From NCBI GenBank assembly GCA_023213395.1, contig CM041465.1, positions 182,349,741 to 182,413,740 of the forward strand: a stretch of DNA of 64,000 bases, given 5' to 3'. The notes beneath the pieces were generated by a model, which searched no databases, was not told the DNA's origin, and saw only the letters and a program-made list of their open reading frames with translations. The stretch comes from Cycas panzhihuaensis (Eukaryota > Plantae > Cycadophyta). Shown piece by piece: positions 24,124 through 38,495 of this stretch. The translations under genes and the position numbers were made by a program. Each line of letters opens with the position of its first letter. The first letter of the stretch is position 1.

Positions 24124-27100
24124 ATGGCTGCAATTAACATGCTTAATGCATGCATCATTAAGTTAACTGGTAAAGATAATTATCAGGAATAGCAGAGATA
24201 GACTCAAAATCTGTTGATCATGAATGAATTTTGGGGTTTTGTTTCTACAAAGATCCCCAAACCTGTGCCTGTGCAGAGCCAAACTGATAAAAATGTTATT
24301 GTCCAACTTGATCCAATTATTATTGCTACTTGGAAAGCTAAGGATGAAATAACCTTAGCAGTTTTACATATGATTGTTGATGTTAATGTAGATCAAAATA
24401 TTGCTTGTGTAAAAACATCTAAGGAAGCATGGGACACTTTGTCATCTTTGTATGAAAGGCGAGATGAAGCTCGCATTATGATGATAAAAGCTAAATTATA
24501 CTCTTTGAAGTTTGTAAAGCCAATGTCGACATTCTTTTCTTTTATCAAAGAGATTTGTAATGAGTTGAATACTCTAGGAAAGCTTGCTTCTAGAGATGAG
24601 CTTGTAATGACAACATTGCATGCATTGCTAAAAGATTACAATGGATTTATTTCATCCATTACAAGAGATGGTACACTAGCTTCAGTAACTTTCAATCAAC
24701 TTGAAAGTTTACTACTTTAAGAGGAACAAATTTACATGAGGGAGGATGAAGAGCCATCTACATTAGGAGCATTCACAGTCAAACACAAGGCCAAACAGGA
24801 TCCCAAACCATCACTTCACAAATAGTTTGGAAACATGAACATTGGCACATCCAAGGCCAACGTAATATGTCATTATTGTGGCAAAGTAGGCCACATAGCT
24901 CCTGAATGCAGAAAGAAACTATTAGATCTACAACAGTCTCGTCAACAATAGACATGTTAGCAACAGACACGGTAGCAACAACTTTGTCAGCAGCACTTCC
25001 AGTAGTAGCAGCAATAACAACTCCCTTGACCAAATCGAGCTGCTTTTTTAGGAGGTCAAAGAGGAAGGGGGGGTTTCAGTGGTGGCAATCAACGCCACAT
25101 GAATCAATTTGCAGATGAAGATAAGTTGTTTTGTGCTTATCATAACTCTAAGGTTGATAGAATATGGATCATAAACTTAGGGGTATCTTGTCATATGACA
25201 GGTAGTGAAGAATTACTCTATGACATCAAAGAAGGAAGCAGGCAATCAATCGCATTTAGCAACAATGAATTTGTAAAGATTTCAAGTATAGGCAAAAATG
25301 CCTCTTTTCACTCACCAACTAATCCTGCTTTGACATTTTCTACAGGAGATGCCTACCTTAACCCTTCGATGGAAAAGAATTTGCTATCTGTTAGTTAGTT
25401 GGACAAACAACAGATGAGCATATTGTTCAAAAGTGGGAAATGTATAATCGGTGACAAGAATTATCAAGTGGTAGCCATTGGTTATGCGGACCATGGACTT
25501 TACGAAATGGATGTAACAAATATCACATTTGATACTGCATATTCTATCACACAAACTATGTCAAAAGTTCAACTTTGGCATCAATGGCTAGGCCACTTGA
25601 GCCTAGACAATATCAAGATGATGGTTACAAAAAACATGGTGCATGGGCTTCCAAGGATATGTGGAACAAAGTGTCTGTGAAACTTGTATTACGGGGACTC
25701 AACATCGACAACCTTTTTCTAAAGGCAATGCATGGCGTGCATCACATCCCTTGCAGCTGATTCATTCAGATTTATGTGGACCCATGTCCATCGCATCTTT
25801 TGGAGGAGCCTTGTACTACATTTCCTTCATAGATGATTTTTTACATAAGGTTTGGGTCTATTTCATCAAGTAAAAATTTGATGCATTTGAAAGGTTCAAA
25901 GAATTCAAACAAAAAGTGGAAAATGAATTTGGATACTCAATTAAGATTTTGAGATCAGATAATGGAGGTGAATTTACCTCAAAGGAGTTCATCCAATTCT
26001 ACAAGGACAATGGCATTAAAAGACAACTCACTACTCCACATACTCGTCAGTAAAATGGTGTTTCAGAGTGAATGAATAGGACTTTGGCAAATAAAGCTAG
26101 AGCCATGATGCATGTTAAAGGACTACCTCGAGCATATTGAGTGGAAGCATTTCACATAGCTGCCTATGTGGCAAATAAGAGTCCTACATGTGCTATCATT
26201 GACATCACACCAGAGGAAGCTTGGTCTGGCCAAAAGCCAACCGTGAGCTATTTGAGGACCTTTGGGTGCATTACATATATGCACATTCCCCATCAACAAA
26301 GATCAAGGTAGATAAAAATAGTTTCAAATGTATTTTCGTAGGTTATGCTATTCATAGCAAGGCATATAAATTGTATGACCCCATTGTTAGGAAAATGCAT
26401 CTCTCACGAGATTTAATCTTTGCCGAAGAAGATCATAAAGGGTTGGAAACTACATCCATCCAACCTCCTATTGAAAAGAGCAAGCAGATTGTTGAGGATT
26501 TCCTTCCCTCACAATCATCTATACCATGTACATCTTCTGCTCTTGTTGCTTCTACTTCAAGTCCATCTACTTCAAATTCAACTCCACTTGACCTTGGCAC
26601 TTCTTTAGTTCACCAGCTTTTACAGCCAGTGGATATTAAGGTTGAAGTTACTTCTATAAAGAAGTTACCCAAATGGTATACACAGACAATACAAGACAGT
26701 TAGATCATAGAAGGAAAATGTCCATCAAAGATGTGGCAGTAAACCAATTATGCACTTATGGCTGAAGTACTATGTGTTGATGAGCATTCCACTTTTGAGG
26801 AGGCATATAAAAATGAAAATTGGAAGGCTGTCATGGATGAAGAAATCCATTCTATTGAAAAGAATAGAACATGGGATTTGGTGGAATTGCCTAAAAACAA
26901 ATAGGTAATCGGTTGTAAATGGGTTTATAAAACCAAATTTCACTCTGATGGTTTACTTAAGCATTAAAAGGCTCGACTTGTTGCAAAGGGTTTCAAACAA
27001 AAGGAACACATTGATTATGAGGAGACCTTTGCACCAGTTGCAAACATGAACACCATCAAACTTATTTTGGCCTTAGCTGCTCAATGCAAATGGCCAATCT

Positions 27101-28300
27101 TTCAGATGGACGTGAAGAGTGCCTTCCTCAATGATGATCTTCAAGAAGAGGTATATTTGGAGCAACCTCTTGGTTACAAAGTACAAGGCAAAGAGCATTT
27201 GGTTTGTTGCCTTAAAAAAAGCTTTGTATGGCTTAAAGCAAGCCCCTAGGGCATGGTACTAAAAAATCGATGATTATGTTTTGAGATATGGATATCATTG
27301 ATTCACATTAGATCCTAACTTATACATTAAAGCTAGGAACGACCATCCTATCTTTATTGTCTTGTACGTAGATGACTTAGTGATCACAAGAAATGACACT
27401 AAGATGATTGAGATTCTCCAAGGGAACCTTAAGAGAAGTTTTGAGATAACAGATCTTGGACTTCTCCATTACTTTTAAGGTTTGGAGGTATGGCAACAAC
27501 TAGGCCATATCTTCATCTCCCAAGCAAAATACTCGTGGAACATTTTGCAGTGGTTTAAAATGCAAGATTGCAAACCAACGCCTACACCTATGGAGAATGG
27601 AACAAAGTTGACTCCCAATGTGGAAGCAGAACCAGTAAATCCCACCTTGTATCGACAATTAGTTAGTAGCCTAATTTACCTCACCAATATTAGACTGGAC
27701 ATTTCATTTGCTATTGGGATTTGTTCTAGGTACATGTCTTAGTCGAATAAGAAACATGGGAATGCAACAAAGCGCATACTAAGATACATAAAAGGCACAT
27801 TGCAGCATGCCCTTCAGTATGCTCATAATGAGAACTTCATCTTGGAAGGATTCTCGGATTCTGATTGAGCAAGTTGCCAATATAGTTGTGGATCAACCTC
27901 AGGATATTGTTTCACCATTGGTTCAGGTGTCATTTCATGGAGTTGTAAGAAGCAACCCAATGTTACCTTGTCATCCATGGAAGTAGAGTACAAAGTTGCA
28001 GTCAGCGCAGTTTGTGAGGCTATTTAGCTTAGGAGGATTCTTGGAGAGCTTGGACTTGAGTAGGATCACCCCACCAGGCTATATTGCAACAATCAAAGTG
28101 TGCTCAGGTTAACTAAGAATCCAATTTTTCATGCAAGGACCAAGCACATAGAGGTTCATCACCATTTTATCAGAGAGCATGTTCGGAAAGGTGAGATCAA
28201 CCTCTTTTACAAACCTACATATCAACAGATAACAGATATTTTTACCAAGCCACTTAGTAGAGAAATGCTTGTAAAATTTAGAGATGGTCTTGGCGTTTGA
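24124..28300 (+). pseudogene. Copia A gag-pol (GAG-PR-INT-RT-RH), disrupted by stops and frameshifts
   Basis: ATG at 24124. CHYCGKVGHIAPEC knuckle; LWHQWLGH; IHSDLCGPM; [10 protein letters not shown]; YVDD; HARTKHIEVHHHFIRE; DIFTKPL. Confidence 0.95.
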
Positions 28301-30664
28301 CTTAACATTGTAAACAGTAAAGGGGGTTGTTAAACCTTATGTTTATATGTTAAGTTAATGTACTTTATAATATTTTATTATTGTACTTTATGGGGTGACT
28401 TATCACTTAAGTGATAAAGTACACACTCAGATTCTTTCCTAGTGACATAACATTGTAACTTAAGAGGCAAAGTGACCCTTATGCACTTTTGCTCACAAGA
28501 GAGCCCAAAGGACACTTGTCCTACATGCAAAAGGTGTAGCTTGGATGTTTAACACTTGTCAAATATCAGGCTCCTTAAGTCTCTCCTCCAACTCTATATA
28601 TTGAGATTAATTCTCATGTATTTCATATGGAGAGTGAGTAGTACTGTTATGCTGCTAGTTTGCTAATCAAACATTCATTCTTATTTGGAGATTGGACCAA
28701 TTCCTTCTCCTCCATATTGGTATTCTTATGCTTGTGCTTTTTATCCTTATGCTTTCTTACATTGCTCATTTCAATATTTTCTCTCTTAGATGCTAATCAT
28801 CTCATTTATAGGCAAATCTTTCTCCTCTCATAGATCCTTGGTTTAATATGCTTAATGCCTATTTCTAACACAATCAAGGCACTGATCATGCATGAAATTA
28901 GGAAGAGATCGTTGAATCTTGACTTCCATGCTAGAAAGTAAAATAAGATAGTTGCAACAACCCTCAAATATGATAGTTTTAATAACTTAGAAGATTACCT
29001 TTGGGCCTCAATAACCATCCAAGAGATATTTGTTGTCTTTTGGCAAGTCATTTGGGAAAACCTTGCCTTTTAGCTTGAGTATGGAATCAAAAGGATACTT
29101 AGAGTCATGCTTTGCTTAGGTAGTGGGTTTTATGGGAATAATGTAGCATGCATGTGTGTGGAAAGAACATAGCTGATACAAGCATTGACAAGTTGAAAAA
29201 ATACTTGATAGGTAGAGGAATAAATAGGTGAATATCAGAAAAGATGATGATGTGTGAATGTTTTAGAGGTGGCCCCTTTATACCTATATTACAAGGCATC
29301 CCTAGCAAAAGGGAAGAACAAAGCTCCTCAAACAATGAAAACTTATCAATGGGATTGGTAAAATATACATTGGATAATTATGCATTAAGGGGTCTCTAAA
29401 GCATTGCGAAACTAAGTTTATCTTAATCGTAGTATACACATAAACATAGATGTTTGTGATGTTCAAAATATTACAAATTTTAGTATTTTATTGTGTAAAT
29501 CTTGATCTCCATGAAATTCGTCTAATGAAAAGTAGGGTTGGGGGTTGGGGGTTGGAGTTTCTCAATTGTCATGTCTCATAGAAAGTGCAACAACTACGAC
29601 CACTTCATCTCCAATATCAACTACTTTAAAGTCTCTAATCACTTTTAGAATAAACTCACCTATTGAAGTCTAGTATGTGGTTAGAAATAAGCTAACAACC
29701 CTTATTGTGAAATGCTTTGTAGTTCTCTCCCTAATCTCTCCTCCTAGCACTTAAGGTTGAAGTCAAGACAATAGATGATGAACATCTAGTGGATAGGGTT
29801 TAGAAGCGTTTGCTTATTGGTCTAGTTGGGTCATGCACCTTTGTAACACACATTATGTGTAGTATACTCATGACATAAATTGTATGTTATACATATTGTA
29901 TAACTATTGTGTGCTTTGATAGGGTTGTCTTGACTTCTTATAAGTTGATATAAGCTACAATATTGTGAACACATTGGATATATGTTTTGTTGTAGCACAT
30001 GCTTATCTATATATATATCATGTGGTATATTTATATGTTCACCTGGGTTACTTGGTAGTTCATGATGATTGTGTTGTAGGGATAAATGGAAAAGTTATTG
30101 GTAGATGTGGATGTGGGATCCCTCGTAAATAAGTGTCAAGGATAGCTTGATACAAAATTATGTTGAGCATCTAATGTGAACAACCCTAGATGGGGTTTGT
30201 TGTTTGAGATTTGCAATATGGATAAAAATATTAGCAAACATACAAATATCCCAAAATGATAATAATAAAACCACTCTTTGCAAATAATAAACATTCACTA
30301 GAACAACATCTATAAAGATAAATTCTAATAACTCAATTGTATTCCAATACATAAGAGTTAAAATTTTCCTATTTTTGAGATGGGCCACATTCCAAAAGGT
30401 GGAAGCTAAATAAATATCCAACCTCATGGCTAGGTGCATACAATGAACCCATTCATGTAATTGCTAGCTTCTTCAAGAAGCTACTCTTTTGCTTTAGAAT
30501 CTTTGAACTTACACTACCATTTACATGAATGGGTTTCGATAAACCCTTGTTATTATTAAGCCTTTTAGAATTTCCTTTTATTATAGTAAAATTGGGAGTA
30601 GCAAGAGCCAAAGAACATATTGCATACAGTGGAAAAACACAAGAAATGAGCAGTAGAGTTAGTC

Positions 30665-33600
30665 TGTTAGCTAAAGAGCAATTGATATACTCTGATTCAT
30701 GGGCATATTGTATATGCACATATATATAGGCTTACGCTTATGCATGCAAGACACATGTCATCCATGTAGGGACTATTTTACCCATCCAAACAAAGGACTA
30801 GAACTCACAACATTTAGTTTGGACTTTATAATACAATAAGCATTAAGTCTAACACTCCCCCTTAATGTTTACTTCATTGGCTTTCATGCCAAGGCCTCCT
30901 CTAGACTTTTCAAACTTGTCATGTGGTAACAATTTGGTAAAAATGTTCACTAGTTGTTTAACTATTCATTGGTGGGCCTATAAATCAACTCAATCTTATC
31001 GTTTTAGACTTACTCCCTGATAAAGTGATGATGCATCTCTATGTGTTTGGTGCATGCATGAAATGTTTGATTCTTTGTTATCTTCAACGTGTTTGGATTG
31101 TTACAATGCAACTTTGTACCATCTTCTCGATGAAGCCCTATATTACTAAGAATTAGTTTCAACCAAATGGCCTTACATGATGCTCCAACTGTAGCCTTAT
31201 ACTCTACTTTAGTCAATGAGAGGGCAACATTGAGTTGTTTTTTGTTGTTTCAAGATATTGCAACTAAACCAAGACTAAAACAATATCCAGAAGTGGATTG
31301 TTTTCTATCAATGCATCCAACCCAACTTGAATTAGGAAACCTTTCCAAGCTAAAGAAGTTGTTCGAAATAAACTTAAGTCCATATTGAAAAGTCCATCTC
31401 AAAATTTGCTTTGCAACTTTCCATTAGCTCTGCTTGGGTTTTGTCATAAGCCTAGGAACCGTGCTAACTAAATAAGTTATGTTAGTCCTAGTTATAGTGA
31501 GATAGGTTAGACTACCAACTAGTTGCTTACACAGAGTGCCATCCACCTATTTTCCTTCATCATGGGTTGACAATTTTATTCGTGTTTCCATCAGGGTTGA
31601 TTTAGGGTTGTAGTTCTCCATTTAGAAAATTTTCAAAACTTTCCTCATGTACTTTTGGCCTGGGAGATAAATATGTTGTTGGGTTTCTTCCAAACCTCTA
31701 CTCCAAGGCAACAGTGGAGCAGTCCAAGATCTGACATCTCAAAATTGTTTTTTAGGTCCTTTTCCAATTTCTCCACCATTGAGGTATCATTGCCAATTAT
31801 AATCAAGTCACCAACATACAAGATCACAAGAGTCAGACATAGGTCATTTTGAACCTCTATGTATAGGTTTAAATCTATTGAAGACCTCTCAAACTCATTT
31901 TTTTGAAAACAATAATCAATTTTGGAGTACTAGGCTGTGGGAGCTTGTTTCAATCCTTATAAAGCCTTCTTTTGATGACAAACTAGGGGTTCTTTACCCT
32001 TCTCTACATATCTTGGCGATTGCTCCATATAAACTTCTTTTGTCAAGTCCTAATTGAGAAGGCACACTTGGCATCAAGTTGGTGTAGCTGCCATCTAAAT
32101 TGTGCAGCTAATGAAAGTACAATCCTTATAGTCATCATTTTGGCCATTGATGCAAAGGTCTCTTAGTAGCTAGTTCCTTCTTTCTATTTGAAACCCTTAG
32201 CCACTAGACTAGCCTTATACTTGTCAATCAAACCATTCGATTTGAACTTGGTCCTAAAGACCCATCTATATCCAATTACTTGTTTACCTTTTGGCAGTCT
32301 CACTATTGAAAAATGCCAGGATTGTTTTGATTCCTTGTTTAAAATGATAGAGAGATAGTAGAGAGTAGGATCAAATATCAATTGTCTTCATATCTGCAAT
32401 CCCCAAATAGGATGAATAACTGGGCAAGAAGGGACATGAAATAGGTTTGTTATGCTGAAAAATCATAGATATACATTGTTCATGATTGTAATCAGACTAA
32501 ATATCACATAAAGCAATACACACCTTAACCTACATAAGAATGGTGAGTAAGCAAGAAGACTAATATAAGATATTAATGTATTGATGAATAAACCATGACA
32601 ACAATAATGATCATATAGGTATTGAGAGTATATGCTGAAAATATGCAAAACAATGGTGTAAAATATAGCTATAATGAAATTACATGATAAGTGATAAAAT
32701 ATGTACTATGGTGCAACTCAATACAAATGGTGGTAGGATTCTCTACGCTATTGCATTAGTGAAAATGCATATTTATAGTAGGTCACTTCATAAAGGCCTA
32801 ATGAGATAGGGAAGCCTCAAATACAACCAATAAGAATTCATGAAGAAGTGAGCTTTAACACACGTATTAATGATACTCACATATTAAGAATCCTTTGAGA
32901 ACCTGTGAGAAACAAGAGCACCTATATGCACATAATTTAATAGTGCTCACTTAATGTGTGTGAGAACATAACTCTTAGTCGATCTAATGACACTTCATTA
33001 TGTCTAATGTGACCACTAAACAACATTACATGACACCACTTTCCAACATTCCTCCTTCATGTTGACTAGATGGAGCATATATATACTTAGAAGGCATTAA
33101 TAATCACTTCTTTCCTCTTGCATCTTGATAAGTTGCGAAGAAGATGCTTCTATTAAGGACTAGTATAATTATGGTGAATTAGAGTATATCAACTTTCCAT
33201 CACTTGTTGTCACATCACATGAAATGCTGTAAATAGACTATATTAGGTATTGATTCTTGAATGGCATACTGGCATCCATACAAAGAGATAACTGTCTATC
33301 GGAATACATAGGTAACCAGTCACTATATTCACTAGTCTATAAGGAAACTTTTCATATGTATGATTCAACAACATTAAGAAATCTCACATTAAAACAGGCT
33401 TAGCCATAATTTGTGACATAGGTGACCTTTGAGAGGTAACGGTTGGAACTAGAAACATAGAGCCATAAATCAACATTTACTAAATAACATAGGCAAAGCA
33501 ACAAATGAAAGGATAACATGCACCAAATATGTGAATAACTACCCAAGTATTGTACAAATATGTGACATAATGGTTCTTTGAATATGGAAATAGTTCATTC

Positions 33601-35184
33601 TTACACTAAATCATTATGATAACTTGTGATCATTAGCTTAGTGATGAGGATGCTGTCATGCTAATTGAAAATCATCTAAGTTTGGCAAAATTAGACTTCA
33701 AAAAGGGAAAAACCGAGTTTAGCTCCTTTCAGTTGATTTAACACCTTTGAAGGTGTTAGAAATCAATTGAAATGGAAATGGGATCAATCGATACAAGGTT
33801 TTGGCATTGGGTTCTATGTGATTGTGGATTAATTTTCAAAGGAAGCACACTTGAATTTAATTCCAATATAATTTAATTTATTTCCAACATTAGAAAAAAA
33901 TAAATTAACTTGAAAATCACACAGGTGATCATGTTTTGAATTTTTGAAGTTGTTGTCGAAGATCCTTGCGAAAAGGCAGTGCTAGATTGAGAAGACATGG
34001 CAAATGTGCTATATAAAGGACAAATGGGTCTAGTAGAAGGCTAAGTAAGTTGAACTAAAGTAGAAATTACAAACAATCATTAAACGATCGCATCCTAAAC
34101 TAGAAAAAAAACACATTTGCAATTTTTGAGCACCCTGCATTTTAATACATGCACTTGCCAAGTTGATATATCATGAAGCTAGCTTTCAAAAAAAAGATTT
34201 GTAACTAGATCTTCAAAGAGAATGTTGACTAGATTCACGGGAGACCAAAACAAAGAGAGAAGGCTAAAAAAGCCACCTGAATGAATTGTTGCTTTAAGCA
34301 TAGAAATGCAAATATGTGGAACCACCTTTAGATTTTGGCCACAAAAAACTTGCTTGGAACATATCTGTGAATTGATCTATGATGTGAGAGGTAGTGGGCA
34401 CTAGATTTGCCACTATAAGCATAGTAGAAGCCAAGAACAACTAAAGATCATGGCCTAAAGTTACCATTCGAGTTTAAAAAGCTGAAAATATTGCATGAAG
34501 GGGTTTTAAAACTAGATCATCTATTTAGAAAGCAACATTGGCTTGCTAAAGGCCTAAACACACGAACAAACGTTGGAAATGAGCTGTCCAATTCAAAATA
34601 TGGCACTCAGTTTGCATAATGGAACTTGTAATATAGGGACACTCACAACGACCTTTGAAATGATTTAAAAACTTCCATGGATATGCTCCAACAACATTGA
34701 GATAAAATTCATGGGCTTTGAAATTCTTTGGTAAATGGACCTCTTATGATAGCTCTACAATGAACAAGAGATTTGAAGAAGTCAAGAGGATAAACCATCA
34801 GGAATTAGTGAAGAAAATGCCGTAAAAACACCAAAACAATTGTTGCCCAAAAATGTTATCATATATGGTAAAGCTTTATCACTTCCATCAATTCACATTT
34901 TTGCAAAGCACTCATACAATGCATGGAAAAATATGTGGTCATCGATGCAAAGGTGTCCTAGTAGCTAGTTCCTTCCTTCTATTTAAAACCCTCAACCACT
35001 AATCTAGCCTTATACTTGTCAATCAAGCCATTTGATCTGAACATGGTCTTAAGACCCATCTATATCCAGTTGCCTGTTTACCTTTTGGCAATCTCACTAT
35101 GCCCCAAGTCTTGTTTTTCTTCAATGCCTGAATTTTTTTGTCCATGACATCCTTCCACTTTTTCTCTTGACTTGCCTTCTGAAA
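30665..35184 (-). mobile_element. Copia relic J (3' LTR ~30665-30854, RT/RH 30870-32306 and ~34936-35184), interrupted by K
   Basis: TGTTAG..CTAACA with adjacent PPT CTCCCCCTT. GYRWVFRTK..KYKASLVAKGF, LYVGDLII, FEMSDLG, HACTKHIEMHHHFIRE. Confidence 0.8.
32307..34935 (-). mobile_element. Truncated LTR element K (3' LTR ~32307-33048 plus non-coding internal sequence)
   Basis: TG at 32307 where the J reading frame breaks; ..CCAACA at 33048 followed by TTCCTCCTT (minus-strand PPT). No second LTR. Confidence 0.5.
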
Positions 35185-38007
35185 TGATGCGTAATCGTGG
35201 GTGCTTACAAACTCAAAGAACGTTACCCATTGAACAGGGATCGTCGAAGAGGCGATAGAGTGAGTTCTCTTATATTATCTCCAAAATTTGGCTTACATCA
35301 CATATACACACTCACTGATGTTTGTACGATAAGATGCCTCTCATTACATCGATAGATGCCCTCAATGGACTTCGTCGAGGAGTCTTGACTGAGGCCACAG
35401 GTGGGAGTAAATAGCCAAAAATAGAAAAAAGCAAAAACAAAAAGAAAACAATATTGCAAGTCCACATATGATCTTTGTATTGGATATTATAGAGTGGAGG
35501 ATAGTGCAATAACGTTAGAGCATGCGTTTTCTGTAAAATGACACCTTGTGGTTCCTCTCGATTTGTAGAAAAAGAAATATTTTTGGTCATTAAAGTAATA
35601 AGCATTTGGAGAATCTTGGTAATACATGTTACTAGTCTTGCCCTTCTACTGCTTCACTTTGAAATTCTTTTTGCCATGCAATTTATTTTCAAATGGATTC
35701 TCATGTTTGATATCCTCTCCATACAAAAAATTATATAGCAATTGAATATAAATGTCTATTCAGCATTACATACCCACTATTTTTATTGCTTCATTGCTAA
35801 CAAATTCCTATAACTAGAATTGCCTCAAGCTTCTATATTGTGATGAAACATCTTTCATTGGAGACAAGCAATATGAAAAAAAGTGGGGGTATGTTATTTA
35901 TTTGAAAGATTCTCCATTTGTTCATCTACTTTCCATATTGAAAATTGATTGCATTGACTTAATGTTTATATTCTCAGATGGATTAGGTTCCAAATTTTTA
36001 TTTTAGAGGCTAAAAAATTTGGCAAAACGTGGAAATTATGTTTCTAGGCTTTGCTTTTCGAATGTCATTGGGCATGGTTGCCTATTGGCGCAGGTAGACT
36101 GTTAAGTCTGTCACTAATTTATATTGAGGGGTCAATAACCACCTAAAAAACTACGTACTAACTAGCCAACTAACTGACTTAATTAGCTTTACTAATTGAC
36201 TCTTAATTATCTAACTAACTGATAGTTGAATTAATTGACTAGCATTCTAACATAAATGTACATTACATATAACTACAATAATTCACACATAATATTACAT
36301 AACGTTAAAACATATGGATGAGTGATGCTCATCATTCCTCCTTGTTTAAGGGGAAATTGTCCTCAATTTCTTGATCCTTAATAGTTAGGTGAAAGGTAAT
36401 TTGCAATGGCTATAGTAGACCATGTCTTCTCCTTGTCTACCAGGAAGAGAGATGATGTTGGATGAGATTGCTTGGTACTAAGAAGTGCTGCTAATGAATA
36501 TTGGGATGAGGAATCCTTCTTGACAATCTTCAGTGGCACTCTGGCTTTTCGTCCGTAGTTGTCGATTGGAATGCCTTTGAAGGTGTGTGCCTAACGAACA
36601 CTGAAGGACCATCATATGAAGTACTGAAGGACCATCATACGAAGTAGGGCTTATGTGATTGTACTCTTCCTCAGTGTCGCGTACATTTGGCACAATGTTG
36701 TGTCGCACTGCCTGTATTGGGTGCAAACCTGCTAGAACCTCTGGAATGGTTGTCGATGTGCTCCTTGAGATGGTACGAGAATGATCTACTTGATCCTAGA
36801 TAGACCTCTGTAATGATGTGGGATCTCTTGGCTTTGGTGGCGAAGTTGTTTAAGAAATCATTTGTAGTTGTGGGGTGCTCAATTCAAGCATTGGCCTCAC
36901 AAATAGATTGGTGCCTTCTCAAACAAGACTCTTGAGTTTGACGGCTTGTATACCCATTCTTGAAGTAACTAGAGATGATGAAGAGTGGAGGACATATGAG
37001 TTTGGTAGCTTGTGTACCTATTCTTGAAGTAACTGGAGATGATGAAAATTGGAGCACATAATTTATGTTGTCTTTTCACAAGTGATATACATTAGTAAGC
37101 CCGTAGTATACTACCTCTATGTCATATTGATAGGGCCTCCCTAGAAGTAATTCATAGCAATTCATGGGAATTGCATCACAAGTGATTGTATCTACATAGG
37201 GCTTCATTGCAAATGTCACATTACAGACTTAATAAATATTTGTTTGTGGTGCTCTTTCTTTTTATACCCATCCAAGTGTATAGGGATTTAGATGAGGCTC
37301 TATAGGACGATCAAGATCCCTAACGAGTTCATTTGATACTAGATTTTTCATATTGCCACTGTCAATAATGAATAGTATGATACGATCTTTAATTTGGCAA
37401 TTCTGGGTAAAGAGTGCTTCTCTAGCTAAAGCCTTATAGCCCTTTGTCATCAGAACTAGATTGGGATCTACTACCATTTAATTGGTGACAAGCATTATTG
37501 GTGTCTCTGATGATTCATTTGATGTGCTGGCCTCTTCGCACGACATGTTGGTTTCTTCTTTAGGTTCGCCTTGGCTTTGTACTACTCCTGCTTTTTGTGC
37601 TCTTCATTAGGGTGGTTGTTGGTCTTGTGTAGTGTGTAGTACTTTTTCTTCTCTACTATAGAAGAATCCGTTGTATCAATTTCCTTTCTTTGATTGAAAG
37701 GCTGCTTCAGTGGTTGTTGTGACTGTTGTTGTTGTTACTGTAGTTAACTAGAGGGTCTTGTGTGGAGTTTGCTTTCCAATTTCAGTGAAGGGAAGTGGCA
37801 TTCATGCCAGCTTCCACCTAGGATCAAATCACACAAAGTACACAAAAAACCAACAATGAATATGAGGAGGTTAAATTCATTAAGTGTCCAAACTCATTAA
37901 CATTCATTCATCAACTCATAACATTACATTGAGTCGTTGCCTCGTATATACAGAAATAAACAGTTACAAGAGAGGCAAGAGAATGTGAAGGGTTTATCAT
38001 GCAAGGT

Positions 38008-38495
38008 GACATTTGGCACCTTATATGATCAACATACATGTGCGTTATAATGAGGTGCGAGCAAATATGACCCCATGTACATTAGGCTCACCACTTTAAG
38101 ATGTAACTGACCACTAACTTAACAATAAAATATTTATAGTGTACTTTATCACATTAAGTTGATAAAGTAACTAACATGACATTACTAACATAACTTTAAT
38201 ATTTACAAATGTCCAATACTGTTAAGAAACATGAATGAATGCATAGATGTTGATATTTGGCACCTTGTATGATCAACATACATGTGCGTTGCAATGAGGT
38301 GCGAGCAAATATGACCCCACGTACATTAAGCTCATCACTTTAAGTTGTAACTAACCACTATCTTAACAATAAAACATTTACAATGTACTTTATCACGTTA
38401 AGTTGATAAAGTAACTAACGTGACATTACTAACATAACTTTAATATTTACAAATGTCCAATACTGTTAAGAAACATGAATGAACATATACATGTT
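38008..38495. repeat. ~244-bp tandem duplication spanning the H/I junction
   Basis: The AATAC|TGTTAAGAAACATGAATGAA junction occurs twice (LTR starts at 38220 and 38464). Confidence 0.9.

Larger units (their letters stand above)
12083..28870 (+). mobile_element. Ty1/copia element A, full length, with B and C nested in its 5' end
   Basis: 5' LTR 12083-12557 + 17340-17409; 3' LTR 28328-28870. PBS TGGTATCAG at 17412; PPT AAAGGGGG before 28328. TSD CAATT/CAATC. Confidence 0.95.

Noticed and set aside
11036-28959. Possible older solo LTR hosting A (TGTTAC at 11036 .. GCAACA at 28959)
   Set aside because: Flanks GTAAT and ACCCT do not form a TSD, so the boundaries are unsupported.
28960-30660. AT-rich stretch with short ORFs (also 35185-36099 and 45210-45753)
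   Set aside because: No motif, termini or repeat partner could be established; probably old TE debris.
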